In this document: in pieces, positions 11,156-19,446 of the stretch
Layout of the letters: each line of letters opens with the position of its first letter
Numbering within the stretch: position 1 is the stretch's first letter
Assembly (NCBI GenBank): GCA_963787905.1
Contig: CAWBFL010000107.1
Location: forward strand, 931-64,930
DNA: 64,000 nucleotides
Origin: an uncultured Acidobacteriaceae bacterium
GTDB lineage: Bacteria > Acidobacteriota > Terriglobia > Terriglobales > Acidobacteriaceae
Reading direction: 5' to 3'
Notes under the pieces: generated by a model
Seen by the model: only the letters and a program-made list of their open reading frames with translations
Databases searched by the model: none
Told to the model about the DNA's origin: nothing
Translations under genes and position numbers: made by a program

Positions 11156-11536
11156 TTAGTAGCTCTTATGGACAACCTCGAACGAATATCCATCCGGATC
11201 GAATACATCGGCCGCGTAGTATCCGGCGTAGTATTCCAGGCGTACCCGCGGCGAGATGTTGTCCCTCGCGCCGGCGGCGATCGCAGCCGCGTAGAACTCA
11301 TCGACCTTCTTGTCGCTTTCGGCCTTGAACCCCCAGTGAACGGATGTCGGCTCCGGCTTCCCTTGCTGCAGCCAAAAGTACGCCTGCTTGCCATCGCCGA
11401 ATCCCCACTGGTCAGGCTGGCCGCCTTTGCCCTTATAGGGCAGGAAAAACCTGATATCAAGAGGCTTCAAGGCCGCCTCATAAAACGCCAGCGAACGTTC
11501 GACATCGCTGACAGTCAGAATCATGAAACCAAGCAT
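11156..11536 (-). CDS. VOC/glyoxalase family protein
   Basis: LTVSDVERSLAFY...VHWGFKAES...VDEFYAAAIAAGARDN...YYAADVFDPDGYSFEVV. Confidence 0.9.
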   Translation of the reverse strand: MLGFMILTVSDVERSLAFYEAALKPLDIRFFLPYKGKGGQPDQWGFGDGKQAYFWLQQGKPEPTSVHWGFKAESDKKVDEFYAAAIAAGARDNISPRVRLEYYAGYYAADVFDPDGYSFEVVHKSY

Positions 11537-11628
11537 CCCTCTCTCCTTTAGATCGCAAGCCCTTAACACGGCAATCTCGCCATCGCGTATAGGATAGATC
11601 GCAAGCGGCTAAAGCAGGAGCAAAAACC

Positions 11629-12726
11629 ATGAGAGCCACTATCCCGCCCGCCCTACTCACGGCCTGCAAAGTTGGATCATTATGCGGAGCGCTGCTCCTT
11701 GCCGGATGCGGCACAAGTTCAACGGCCAACCCCGCTTCCGTTGTAGGCAGCGTAGTGCCCAGCTCTTCTTACGAGCTTGACGCCTTCGACATTCAAGGCA
11801 ACTACGCCTACATCCTGGGAGACAACGGCAATCAGGGCTCAGGATCCTCGGCTGCGCAATTCTATGTAGTGGATATCGCTCAGCCAGCAAGCCCGACCCT
11901 CGTCAGCACGACGTCAATCACCGGATTCATAAATTACGGGCAGTCCGGGATAAGAGTGCAGGGGCAATACGTCTACCTCGTATCTTCCACGGGAACGGCG
12001 ACCACGAATCTGTTGCAAATCTACAATGTGTCGAATCCATCCGCTCCTGCGTCTGTCGGCAGCGTTCAAATCCCACTGTATGGATTCGGTCTTTGGGTAT
12101 CTGGGAATTACGCCTACGTCATCTCGTATGTCGGCGTTTCTTCCGCAAGCACATTGGCGGTTGTTGACATTTCCAATCCTGCATCGCCGGCGATTGTGGG
12201 ATCGACCAATACAGGAACTGCCTACGTGAATGTGGCCGACATTAAGCTAGTCGGAAACTACGCTTATGTGGCAGGGCAGAGCACCAAACAGTCCTACATA
12301 CTTGTGTTTGATGTCTCCAATCCCGCCTCGCCGTATTTGCTGAGCAGTTTACCGGTGGCGCACAGCCCGCAAGGCCTGGATATCGAAGGAAATTACTGGT
12401 ATCAGACGCTCTATGACCAGAACTCATTGAACATTTACAACATATCCAATCCTGCATCGCTTTCACCGGTAGGCACGGCTTCCCTGAGCGGAACATGCAA
12501 GCCGCAAGACGTCACCGTGGAAGGGACCACAGCGTATGTGGCCTGTTATGAAAACTCATCCGTAGCGGTAGTCGATGTGTCCAACCCAGCTTCGCCAACT
12601 GTCGAGGAATACATACCGCTTCCGGCAACTTCTTATCCGATATTCCTGGAGTCGATTGGTAGTTATGTGTATTCGATCTCAAACACCCCAGGTGGAATGT
12701 TCTCGGTTATAGACACTGGTGATTGA
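11629..12726 (+). CDS. LVIVD-repeat (beta-propeller) lipoprotein
   Basis: Lipobox LLLAGC; about seven repeats of GNYAYV...VVDISNPASP; lower GC. Confidence 0.85.
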   Translation: MRATIPPALLTACKVGSLCGALLLAGCGTSSTANPASVVGSVVPSSSYELDAFDIQGNYAYILGDNGNQGSGSSAAQFYVVDIAQPASPTLVSTTSITGFINYGQSGIRVQGQYVYLVSSTGTATTNLLQIYNVSNPSAPASVGSVQIPLYGFGLWVSGNYAYVISYVGVSSASTLAVVDISNPASPAIVGSTNTGTAYVNVADIKLVGNYAYVAGQSTKQSYILVFDVSNPASPYLLSSLPVAHSPQGLDIEGNYWYQTLYDQNSLNIYNISNPASLSPVGTASLSGTCKPQDVTVEGTTAYVACYENSSVAVVDVSNPASPTVEEYIPLPATSYPIFLESIGSYVYSISNTPGGMFSVIDTGD

Positions 12727-12753
12727 GCAGGCGGGTGGCCCACCCGCAACCCT

Positions 12754-12802
12754 GGGGCCCCGTTCATGACAGCTTCACCATCATGGGTGGGGTCCGACCT
12801 CC
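12754..12802. repeat. REP-like palindrome, family B, copy 2
   Basis: GGGGCCCCGTTCATGACAGCTTCACCATCATGGGTGGGGTCCGACCTCC, same orientation as 11087. Confidence 0.8.
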
Positions 12803-12814
12803 ACTCCCCGAAGC

Positions 12815-12852
12815 GTCATTCTGCACGACGTGCAGAATCTCCGTAGTTGTCT
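12815..12852. repeat. REP-like hairpin, GTCATYCTG family (C)
   Basis: GTC-ATTCTGCAC-GAC-GTGCAGAAT-CTCCGTAGTTG; shares the GTCATYCTG start with 48020. Confidence 0.55.
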
Positions 12853-12903
12853 TACTACAGGCGTCCCAATCCCAAACCCCAGGCTCTTTTGCGGCTAAGA
12901 AGC

Positions 12904-13112
12904 TTGACACCCCACGTATAATTAAGAAAGAGCGACAACAGAATCCACCAGCTTCCGGATTGTGCTTCCCGCTCCCGCAGGAGACAAATAACCACCGCAA
13001 ATCGAAGGCTTTACACGCAAACAGAGACTTTGGCCGACCTCCGCCGGACTCACGCCAACATAACTCTTTTATTTAAGGTACTTTGGGACTTAAGTACGGG
13101 GGGTGGGGGTGG
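12904..13112 (+). repeat. ~210-bp composite element, family D, copy 1
   Basis: TTGACA-N7-TATAAT..GAGCGA, CAGAGACTTTGGC (13022), TAAGGTACTTTGGGACTTAAGTACGGGGGGTGGGGGTGG (13074-13112); same blocks in same order at 51127-51336. Confidence 0.7.
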
Positions 13113-13114
13113 AC

Positions 13115-14023
13115 TTGAACACACGATTACGAGCCGCGACGCTGCTGCTGCCGCTGCTCCTCACCGCCTGCGCGCCGCCGCGTTCTTCCCGTATTGTCAT
13201 CGGCGCAAAAAACTTCACCGAGCAAGTCGTCCTCGGCGAACTGCTCGCCCAGGAGATCGAGTCCGTCTACGCCGCCGAAGGCCACCCCCAGCGCGTCGAC
13301 CGCCGCTTCTACCTCGCTGGCAGCTACATCTGCCAGCAAGCCCTCGCCAGCGGCCGCATCGACACCTACGTCGAATACACCGGAACCGCGCTCACCGCCA
13401 TCCTCAAACAGCCACTCCCGCCGCCCGGCCAGCGCGACCCCGCTCGCGTCCTAGCCACCGTCCGCTCGCTCTACGCCTCGCGCTACCGCGTCCGCGTCGA
13501 AGAACCCCTCGGCTTCGAAGACACCTTCGCCATGGTCATGCGCGCCGACGATGCCCAGCGCCTCCACCTCCACACCATCTCCGACGCCGCCCGCGTCGCC
13601 TCCCAACTGCGCCTCGGCGTCGGCTACGAATTCGAGTCGCGCCCCGACGGCCTGCCCGGCCTCTCCGCCGCCTACAACCTCCACTTCGCCGGCGCGCCGC
13701 GCACCATGGATCTCGGCCTCCTCTATCGCGCCCTCGCCAACCACCAGGTCGATATCGTCGCCGGCAACTCCACGGACGGCCCCATCCGCGCCCTCGGCCT
13801 CACCGTCCTCACCGACGACCTCCACTACTTCCCGCCCTACCAGGCCGTCCCCCTGGTGCGCGAAGACTCGCTCGCCCGCCATCCCGAAATCCAAATCGCA
13901 ATGGATCAACTAGCCGGCAAGGTCACCGCCGAAGACGTGCAAACCATGAACGACGCGGTCGACGGCAAGCACCAGGATGTAACGGAAGTAGTCCGCGCCT
14001 TCCGCGCGAAGAAGGGGTTGTAG
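13115..14023 (+). CDS. Glycine betaine/osmoprotectant ABC transporter substrate-binding lipoprotein (OsmF/OpuAC-like)
   Basis: Lipobox LLLTAC; IGAKNFTEQ, YVEYTGTA, LGFEDTFA, RPDGLPGL, DDLHYFPPY; start uncertain (13103/13109/13115). Confidence 0.92.
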   Translation: MNTRLRAATLLLPLLLTACAPPRSSRIVIGAKNFTEQVVLGELLAQEIESVYAAEGHPQRVDRRFYLAGSYICQQALASGRIDTYVEYTGTALTAILKQPLPPPGQRDPARVLATVRSLYASRYRVRVEEPLGFEDTFAMVMRADDAQRLHLHTISDAARVASQLRLGVGYEFESRPDGLPGLSAAYNLHFAGAPRTMDLGLLYRALANHQVDIVAGNSTDGPIRALGLTVLTDDLHYFPPYQAVPLVREDSLARHPEIQIAMDQLAGKVTAEDVQTMNDAVDGKHQDVTEVVRAFRAKKGL

Positions 14024-14027
14024 CTAC

Positions 14028-14071
14028 GCTGACCGCTGACCGCTGACCGCTGATAGCTGGTCGCTGACAGC
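14028..14071. repeat. Degenerate heptamer tandem repeat (GCTGACC)n between convergent genes
   Basis: gctgacc gctgacc gctgacc gctgata gctggtc gctgaca gc. Confidence 0.75.
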
Positions 14072-14106
14072 CGGACAACCAAAAAATCCGGTGTTCTTTG
14101 CCGCTC

Positions 14107-15348
14107 TCAATGCACTGTCTTCATCCGCCGGGACATGAAATCCATCAGCAGATAGTTTCCCAGCGTCTGCGGCGTAGTGAAGTAGGCCTTGCCGCGGCAC
14201 ATCGCGCTCACCTGCTGCACAAACTGCACCAGCGAAAAGTCCGACGCCAGCATGAACGTGTTGATCATGATGTTCGATCGCTTGCAGCGCGAGACCTCCT
14301 CCAGCGTTTCCGCAATCACCAGCGGATCCAGCCCGAAAGCGTTCTTGTAGATCCGCCCGTCCGGCAGGGTCAGCGCGCTGGGCTTGCCGTCGGTGATCAT
14401 TACAATCTGCTTCATGTCCTTGGTCTGCCGCGCCAGGATGCGCTGGGCCAGCCTTAGCCCTTCGCGCGTGTTGGTGTAGTGCGGCCCCACCTTGACCCGC
14501 GAAAGCTGGCTCACCGGAATTTCCTCCGCCGTGTCATGGAACAACACCAGGTTCAGCGTGTCGCCGGGAAACTGGGTGCGAATCAGGTGCGACAACGCCA
14601 TCGCCACGCGCTTCGCCGGTGTGAAACGGTCTTCCCCATACAGAATCATCGAGTGCGAACAGTCCAGCATCACCACGGTCGCGCATGACGACTGGTAGTC
14701 CGACTGATGTACGTGCACATCGCTGTACTCGATGTTCAGCGGCGCATGCTCCTCGCCCTCGACTGCGGTGCGAATTCCTTCGCGCGCAAACACGCTGCTG
14801 AGCGTCGCGGTAATGTCCAGGTTCAGGGTGTCGCCAAACTCGTAGATCTTCGAGCTGCCGTTGGTCTCCACGCCGGCCGCCTCGTGTCGCGTGTCGTGGC
14901 GCCCCAGGTGGGACTTGCCCAGCGGACCCAGCAGCTCGCGCAGAGCCTTGTAGCCGAGAAAGTCCATGCTCTTGTCGGTCACTTCAAAGCGCGCCTCACC
15001 GTTGCCTTCGCCTTGCTGCCCTTGGCCCTCTTCGGGCTGCTCGGCGTTGATGAAGTTCTGCTCCTGCATCTTCTCGATGACCTGATCGATCAGCTCCTCC
15101 ACCTGGTCCGCCGACAGCTCGTCGAACTTCTGCTGCGACTCCTCGTCAAACAACTCGCCCGACTCCAGCGCCTGGCGGATCGCCTCGCGCAAGTTCTCCA
15201 TGGTCTGGTTGTTGTACTCGGAGAACTGCGCGTACGGATCCTGGTAGCCGGAGTCCAGCAGAAAATCCGACAACGCCTGCATCAGGTCTTCCAGACCGAA
15301 GGACGAGGCCAGATCGCCGGTGAACTTGGTGTAACGAATCCGTTTCAT
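14107..15348 (-). CDS. vWA domain-containing protein (partner of MoxR/ChlI-like AAA+ ATPase)
   Basis: MIDAS motif [24 protein letters not shown]; [10 protein letters not shown]. Confidence 0.9.
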   Translation of the reverse strand: MKRIRYTKFTGDLASSFGLEDLMQALSDFLLDSGYQDPYAQFSEYNNQTMENLREAIRQALESGELFDEESQQKFDELSADQVEELIDQVIEKMQEQNFINAEQPEEGQGQQGEGNGEARFEVTDKSMDFLGYKALRELLGPLGKSHLGRHDTRHEAAGVETNGSSKIYEFGDTLNLDITATLSSVFAREGIRTAVEGEEHAPLNIEYSDVHVHQSDYQSSCATVVMLDCSHSMILYGEDRFTPAKRVAMALSHLIRTQFPGDTLNLVLFHDTAEEIPVSQLSRVKVGPHYTNTREGLRLAQRILARQTKDMKQIVMITDGKPSALTLPDGRIYKNAFGLDPLVIAETLEEVSRCKRSNIMINTFMLASDFSLVQFVQQVSAMCRGKAYFTTPQTLGNYLLMDFMSRRMKTVH

Positions 15349-15460
15349 GCGCGCCGTCGCCCCTCCCCCATTTTAGATGGGATTGACCGGGAGGAGATTC
15401 GCCGGTCCGATGGCTGCCCGCGAATGACTGCCATCACCCTGGGCCGCGGCGACTTAGCGC

Positions 15461-16060
15461 TCAAAAATGGAATACAACTCCGGTGTTGATGGTCAGCGCC
15501 GTGATGCTGGGTGCGCTGGTGCTGTAGCCTCTGCCCGCGCCCACTTCGATCAGGCGCAGGTCGAAGACGCGGATCAGCGGGTAATCGACCCCGCCCAGTA
15601 TCTCCCAGCCCGCATAGTGGTTGGTCAATGTCCCGCCAACCGGCGGGTAGGGATAGGTAGTGGTGCTGTTTTCGTTCACTGTGCGCGTGCCCAGGTATCC
15701 GCCGGAGGCCTGAAGGTAGGGCTTCAATCGAAGGCCGGGCGGATTGATGCCGAGCTTCAACCCACCCAGAGCCGTATCCGCGCCGGGCGTGCCTGGCTGA
15801 GTCGACCCACGCAGATCGAAGCTCAGACTGACCGGGCCAAGCGAGAGCCATCGCAAGCTGGCGCCGCCGCCGATGCCCGATGTCCAGAAGTTAGCGTACT
15901 GTTCCGCGGCAAGGTTGCCGGTCGGTTCGTAGGTGACGATCTCGCCCGACTGCACGTTGGAGAAGCGCGCCGAAGAAGACGTCACATAAATCGAAACCTG
16001 CGCGTGAGCGGAGGCCACCAGGAGAAACGCAACAGCTGCAAGCAAAGCACTTCGGACCAT
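15461..16060 (-). CDS. Small outer-membrane beta-barrel-like protein
   Basis: Signal peptide ASAHA|Q; alternating beta strands, KPYLQASGG, GGVDYPL; terminal GVVFHF. Confidence 0.75.
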   Translation of the reverse strand: MVRSALLAAVAFLLVASAHAQVSIYVTSSSARFSNVQSGEIVTYEPTGNLAAEQYANFWTSGIGGGASLRWLSLGPVSLSFDLRGSTQPGTPGADTALGGLKLGINPPGLRLKPYLQASGGYLGTRTVNENSTTTYPYPPVGGTLTNHYAGWEILGGVDYPLIRVFDLRLIEVGAGRGYSTSAPSITALTINTGVVFHF

Positions 16061-16183
16061 CGTTTACCTCGTAGTAGAGTATTGGACCCTGACCATGCAG
16101 ACCCCGCCGTCCCGGGCAACAGACACCGGGTCCATTCTTGAATTGGATGCATAGAAAAGCAGTCTGATCAGACCATAGATAGT

Positions 16184-16864
16184 TCAGTTCCTGGTGCCGG
16201 CGAAGACCGCGAAGCAGTTGTCCTTGTACCAGCAGTCGGCGTTGGCAAAGCCCGCGGCCCGCATCCAGTCAAGCTGCTCGGCCACCGGGGCGCACCGGTC
16301 CTCCTGCTTGCGATAGAGCGAGTCGGCGATCTGTTGCTCGGTCGCTCCGGCGGCGCGAACCTGCTCCAGCCACAATGACTTGTAACGAGTGTCCAGGTCC
16401 GGCGTCGGGCCCGCCACCTGGTCGGCGTTCACGAACACTCCGCCCGGCAACAGGGAGCGATACACGCGCTGAAATACCGCCCGCTTGTCCGCATCGTCCA
16501 GGTGGTGAATGGAGAGCGAGGAGACCACGGCGCACACTCCCTCGGGCAAGTCCCCGGTGACGTAGTCGGCCTGCTGGTACGCAACCTGCGGATCGTCCCC
16601 GAGCCGGGCCCGCGCCAGATCGAGCATGGGCGCGGAAAAATCGATGAGATGGAGCTGCGCATCCGGAAAGCGCTCCCGCACCAGGACACTCAACAGCCCG
16701 GAACCGGCGCCGAGATCAACAATCCGCTTGGCCCGCGCGGGGATCAGGTCGATCGCCCAGCGATAGAAGGCATCGCAACCGGGGATCAGCCTGGAGCGGT
16801 CCCGGTCATAGGTGGAAGCAGTCGCGTCGAAGACAGCCCTGGTGTTATTGGCAACCATGGCCAC
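16184..16864 (-). CDS. Class I SAM-dependent methyltransferase (CmoA-like)
   Basis: IVDLGAGSG motif I, IDFSAPML, SSLSIHHL, LLPGGVFVNAD. Confidence 0.9.
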   Translation of the reverse strand: MAMVANNTRAVFDATASTYDRDRSRLIPGCDAFYRWAIDLIPARAKRIVDLGAGSGLLSVLVRERFPDAQLHLIDFSAPMLDLARARLGDDPQVAYQQADYVTGDLPEGVCAVVSSLSIHHLDDADKRAVFQRVYRSLLPGGVFVNADQVAGPTPDLDTRYKSLWLEQVRAAGATEQQIADSLYRKQEDRCAPVAEQLDWMRAAGFANADCWYKDNCFAVFAGTRN

Positions 16865-16889
16865 ATCATAAGATGAATCAATGAATTTG

Positions 16890-18035
16890 TTAATTTATAT
16901 AAGTTGAATCAATGAGCGTATTGGCCCCGGAAACGGCCAGGGCAGGCGTCACCCGATCCGGCCTGCCCATGGCATGCAGATGGCGTGCGTGCGCGGCCAC
17001 GGCCTTGCGGAAGGTGGTGTGCTCCACGTACGCGATGTTGCGCTCCGCGCATACCTGCCGCACCACCTTGCTGATCTGCGGATAATGCACGTGGGCGACT
17101 CGGGGAAACAGATGGTGCTCGATCTGGAAGTTCAGCCCGCCCACCAGCCAGGTGACCAGGCGGTTGCTGGTCGCGAAGTTGGCGGTGGTCGCAATCTGGT
17201 GGATGGCAAACTCCTCCGGGAGCATGTTCTCCGGCATGGCCGGCAGCGGAAACTCGGGGCCTTCCACGGTATGCGCCAGTTGGAAGACCACGGTCAGCGC
17301 CACGCCCGCGGCCGCCATGGTGATCGCCAACCCAGTCAGGCCTCGCGCGACTCCCAGCCGCCAGATGGGGATCACGACATAAAGGCACGCGTTTACCGCC
17401 TTTCCCACCCAGAACTGGATGTGATCGCGCGTCCTCATCCGCGGCATCGGCACCGGGCCAAGTCTGCCGGTGAAGTACCGCTGATAATCCACCTGGAAGA
17501 CCCATAGAATGTAAACCATCATGTACAGGAACCAGCAGTAGATGTGCTGGAAACGGTGCAGCCAGAATCTCCGCTGATGCTGGTTGACGCGCATCAGGTA
17601 GCCGATGTTGATGTCCTCGTCGACGCCCTCAACATTGGTGAAGCTGTGGTGGATGATGCAGTGCTTCACCTTCCAGATGTAGGCGCTGCCGCCCAGGCAC
17701 TCCAGCGTACCGCCGGCCAACGTGTTCATCCAGGTGCTCGAACTGAAACTGCCGTGGCTGCCGTCGTGCATCACGTTGAAGCCAGTGCCGGTGATGAACA
17801 GGCCGAGCAAGATGCACTCGGGCACGGCGAACGGCCACGCAGGAGTGAAGAAGACCAGATGCAGGTAGAGGGCGATCATGCCGCCCACAACGAAAATGGC
17901 CTTGGCGTAGAGCTGCGCGTTGCCTTTGCTGGCGACTCCAGCCTGATCGAAGTACTCCGCGACCCTGCTCTTCAAGGCTGCGTGCAGCGAGGGAGCGGGC
18001 GTCGGAAACTTCGGAGTGATGGGCGTGCCTTGCAT
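16890..18035 (-). CDS. Membrane fatty-acid (acyl-CoA/delta-6-like) desaturase
   Basis: Three His boxes HDGSH, HCIIHH, QIEHHLFP. Confidence 0.93.
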   Translation of the reverse strand: MQGTPITPKFPTPAPSLHAALKSRVAEYFDQAGVASKGNAQLYAKAIFVVGGMIALYLHLVFFTPAWPFAVPECILLGLFITGTGFNVMHDGSHGSFSSSTWMNTLAGGTLECLGGSAYIWKVKHCIIHHSFTNVEGVDEDINIGYLMRVNQHQRRFWLHRFQHIYCWFLYMMVYILWVFQVDYQRYFTGRLGPVPMPRMRTRDHIQFWVGKAVNACLYVVIPIWRLGVARGLTGLAITMAAAGVALTVVFQLAHTVEGPEFPLPAMPENMLPEEFAIHQIATTANFATSNRLVTWLVGGLNFQIEHHLFPRVAHVHYPQISKVVRQVCAERNIAYVEHTTFRKAVAAHARHLHAMGRPDRVTPALAVSGANTLIDSTYIN

Positions 18036-18306
18036 GGGAAGCGCTCGGTTCCCTGCACGGCCAAAGGTGCAGTTGATCGAGCATACAGGAGCGGGGCGCA
18101 TGTGTCCGCTGCCTTACAAAACTCTTACACAGTGCGGCGTCATGCCGCGAGCGACACAGCAACGCCCTCGCCTGCAACTGGCTGAGGCCTCTTCGGGTGC
18201 GCACGGGTCGCGCTCCGGCTTGCGGAGACTGCGCCAACCTGCATGCACCCTGTACTCATTGGATCGCTGCGGTTGGGAGGGCCTGGTTCGACGAATATAG
18301 CTCCGC

Positions 18307-19425
18307 TTACTTCGCGGGCGGCACATAACCGTCGATCACGGTGGTGCTGCCCCCAACCCGTGTCGCAAAGGTGGGTTGCTCCAGCCCCTTCAGGATTGCC
18401 GGCGGAATTGACCCCGAGTCGCAGTGGTGCGAATAGAACTCCGCGAAAGAAAAGAAGTCGGAGTCGCTGCTGTCGATCAACTGGGGCTCGGACGCGTACG
18501 CCTTCACGATCTCCGGGTTGGCCAGCGCGGCCCCCAGGAAGTTCACCGCGTCGCCGATCCCGCGCCCCGACTTCGACCGGTAGCCGTAGAGGTCCACTCC
18601 CAGCCGCTCGGCAAACTGCGCGATCGGCAACAGCGGTTGCAGCGCAAACGACTGGTAATGAATCGCACGCTCGTGCCGGGCCATCTCGAGCGGAAAAGCT
18701 CCGTGCGCATCGATGGCGTCGACCGCCTGCCGGTACACGCCCGTGCCCCAGCGGAACAGCCCATCGTCAGACGAGATCACTCCCGTGGCCGTCGCCGCCA
18801 GACCGCGCCAATAGTGATGATTGTTGACCTCGTCGCTGGCCTTGTCGAATTCCACGGTGCGGTGCGCAACCTGGTTCATCCACGCGATGTCGCGCTGGAG
18901 CATCGCCGCATCCAGGGACGCCTCATTCATCAACACCGACTCGCTGGTCGCCGTCGCGCTCAGCGTCCACTCCACCTGGAACCACGCCTGCCGGCTCTCC
19001 TTCGGATCGTAATCCAGCAGCGCGCCGCCGCGGGCCCACACATCGATCTGCTGTTGCGCGCACTGCGCCTCGTCGCGGCTGCCGGTCACCAGCCACTGGT
19101 TCATCCCTGCCGTCACCCGGCGCTCATACGCGCTGTATACGCGCGTCACTTTCGCCTCTTCTGGATTCACCGGTCCGTGCGATCCGCTGATGTAATGCGG
19201 CGGAATGATCATCCTCCCCACTGGCGCCGCAACCACTGGCAGCTTCGTGCACTCGGCCAGCGATGAGATCGCCTGCGCCGTTCGTGCGTCGCGATTGTTC
19301 GCCAGCTCCGCGCGCCGCACCGCCACATCGATGTACGATGCCCGCGGGTTGCTCACATGCTGCGCCTGCGCCGCCAGTGCCAGCGCGCAAACTCCCACCA
19401 CGCACAACGCCCGGACTCTACGCAT
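18307..19425 (-). CDS. Secreted alginate lyase family protein (PL5/AlgL-like)
   Basis: Signal peptide; NNHHYWRG, GAFPLEMARHERAIHYQSFALQPL. Confidence 0.85.
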   Translation of the reverse strand: MRRVRALCVVGVCALALAAQAQHVSNPRASYIDVAVRRAELANNRDARTAQAISSLAECTKLPVVAAPVGRMIIPPHYISGSHGPVNPEEAKVTRVYSAYERRVTAGMNQWLVTGSRDEAQCAQQQIDVWARGGALLDYDPKESRQAWFQVEWTLSATATSESVLMNEASLDAAMLQRDIAWMNQVAHRTVEFDKASDEVNNHHYWRGLAATATGVISSDDGLFRWGTGVYRQAVDAIDAHGAFPLEMARHERAIHYQSFALQPLLPIAQFAERLGVDLYGYRSKSGRGIGDAVNFLGAALANPEIVKAYASEPQLIDSSDSDFFSFAEFYSHHCDSGSIPPAILKGLEQPTFATRVGGSTTVIDGYVPPAK

Positions 19426-19446
19426 TTGCGATCGCCGCCCTTCGCA

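Noticed and set aside
11098-11551. Paired ORFs sharing MGGVR.P and GG.DRTPPM.MKLS peptides (also 12723-13076, 12764-13000)
   Set aside because: The similarity comes only from translating family B repeats; they overlap the real VOC gene or lie in a repeat mosaic.
9364-13112. Repeats considered as a CRISPR array or integron attC sites
   Set aside because: No regular repeat-spacer period, no cas or intI genes, and no RYYYAAC...GTTRRRY ends; they behave as dispersed REP-like palindromes.
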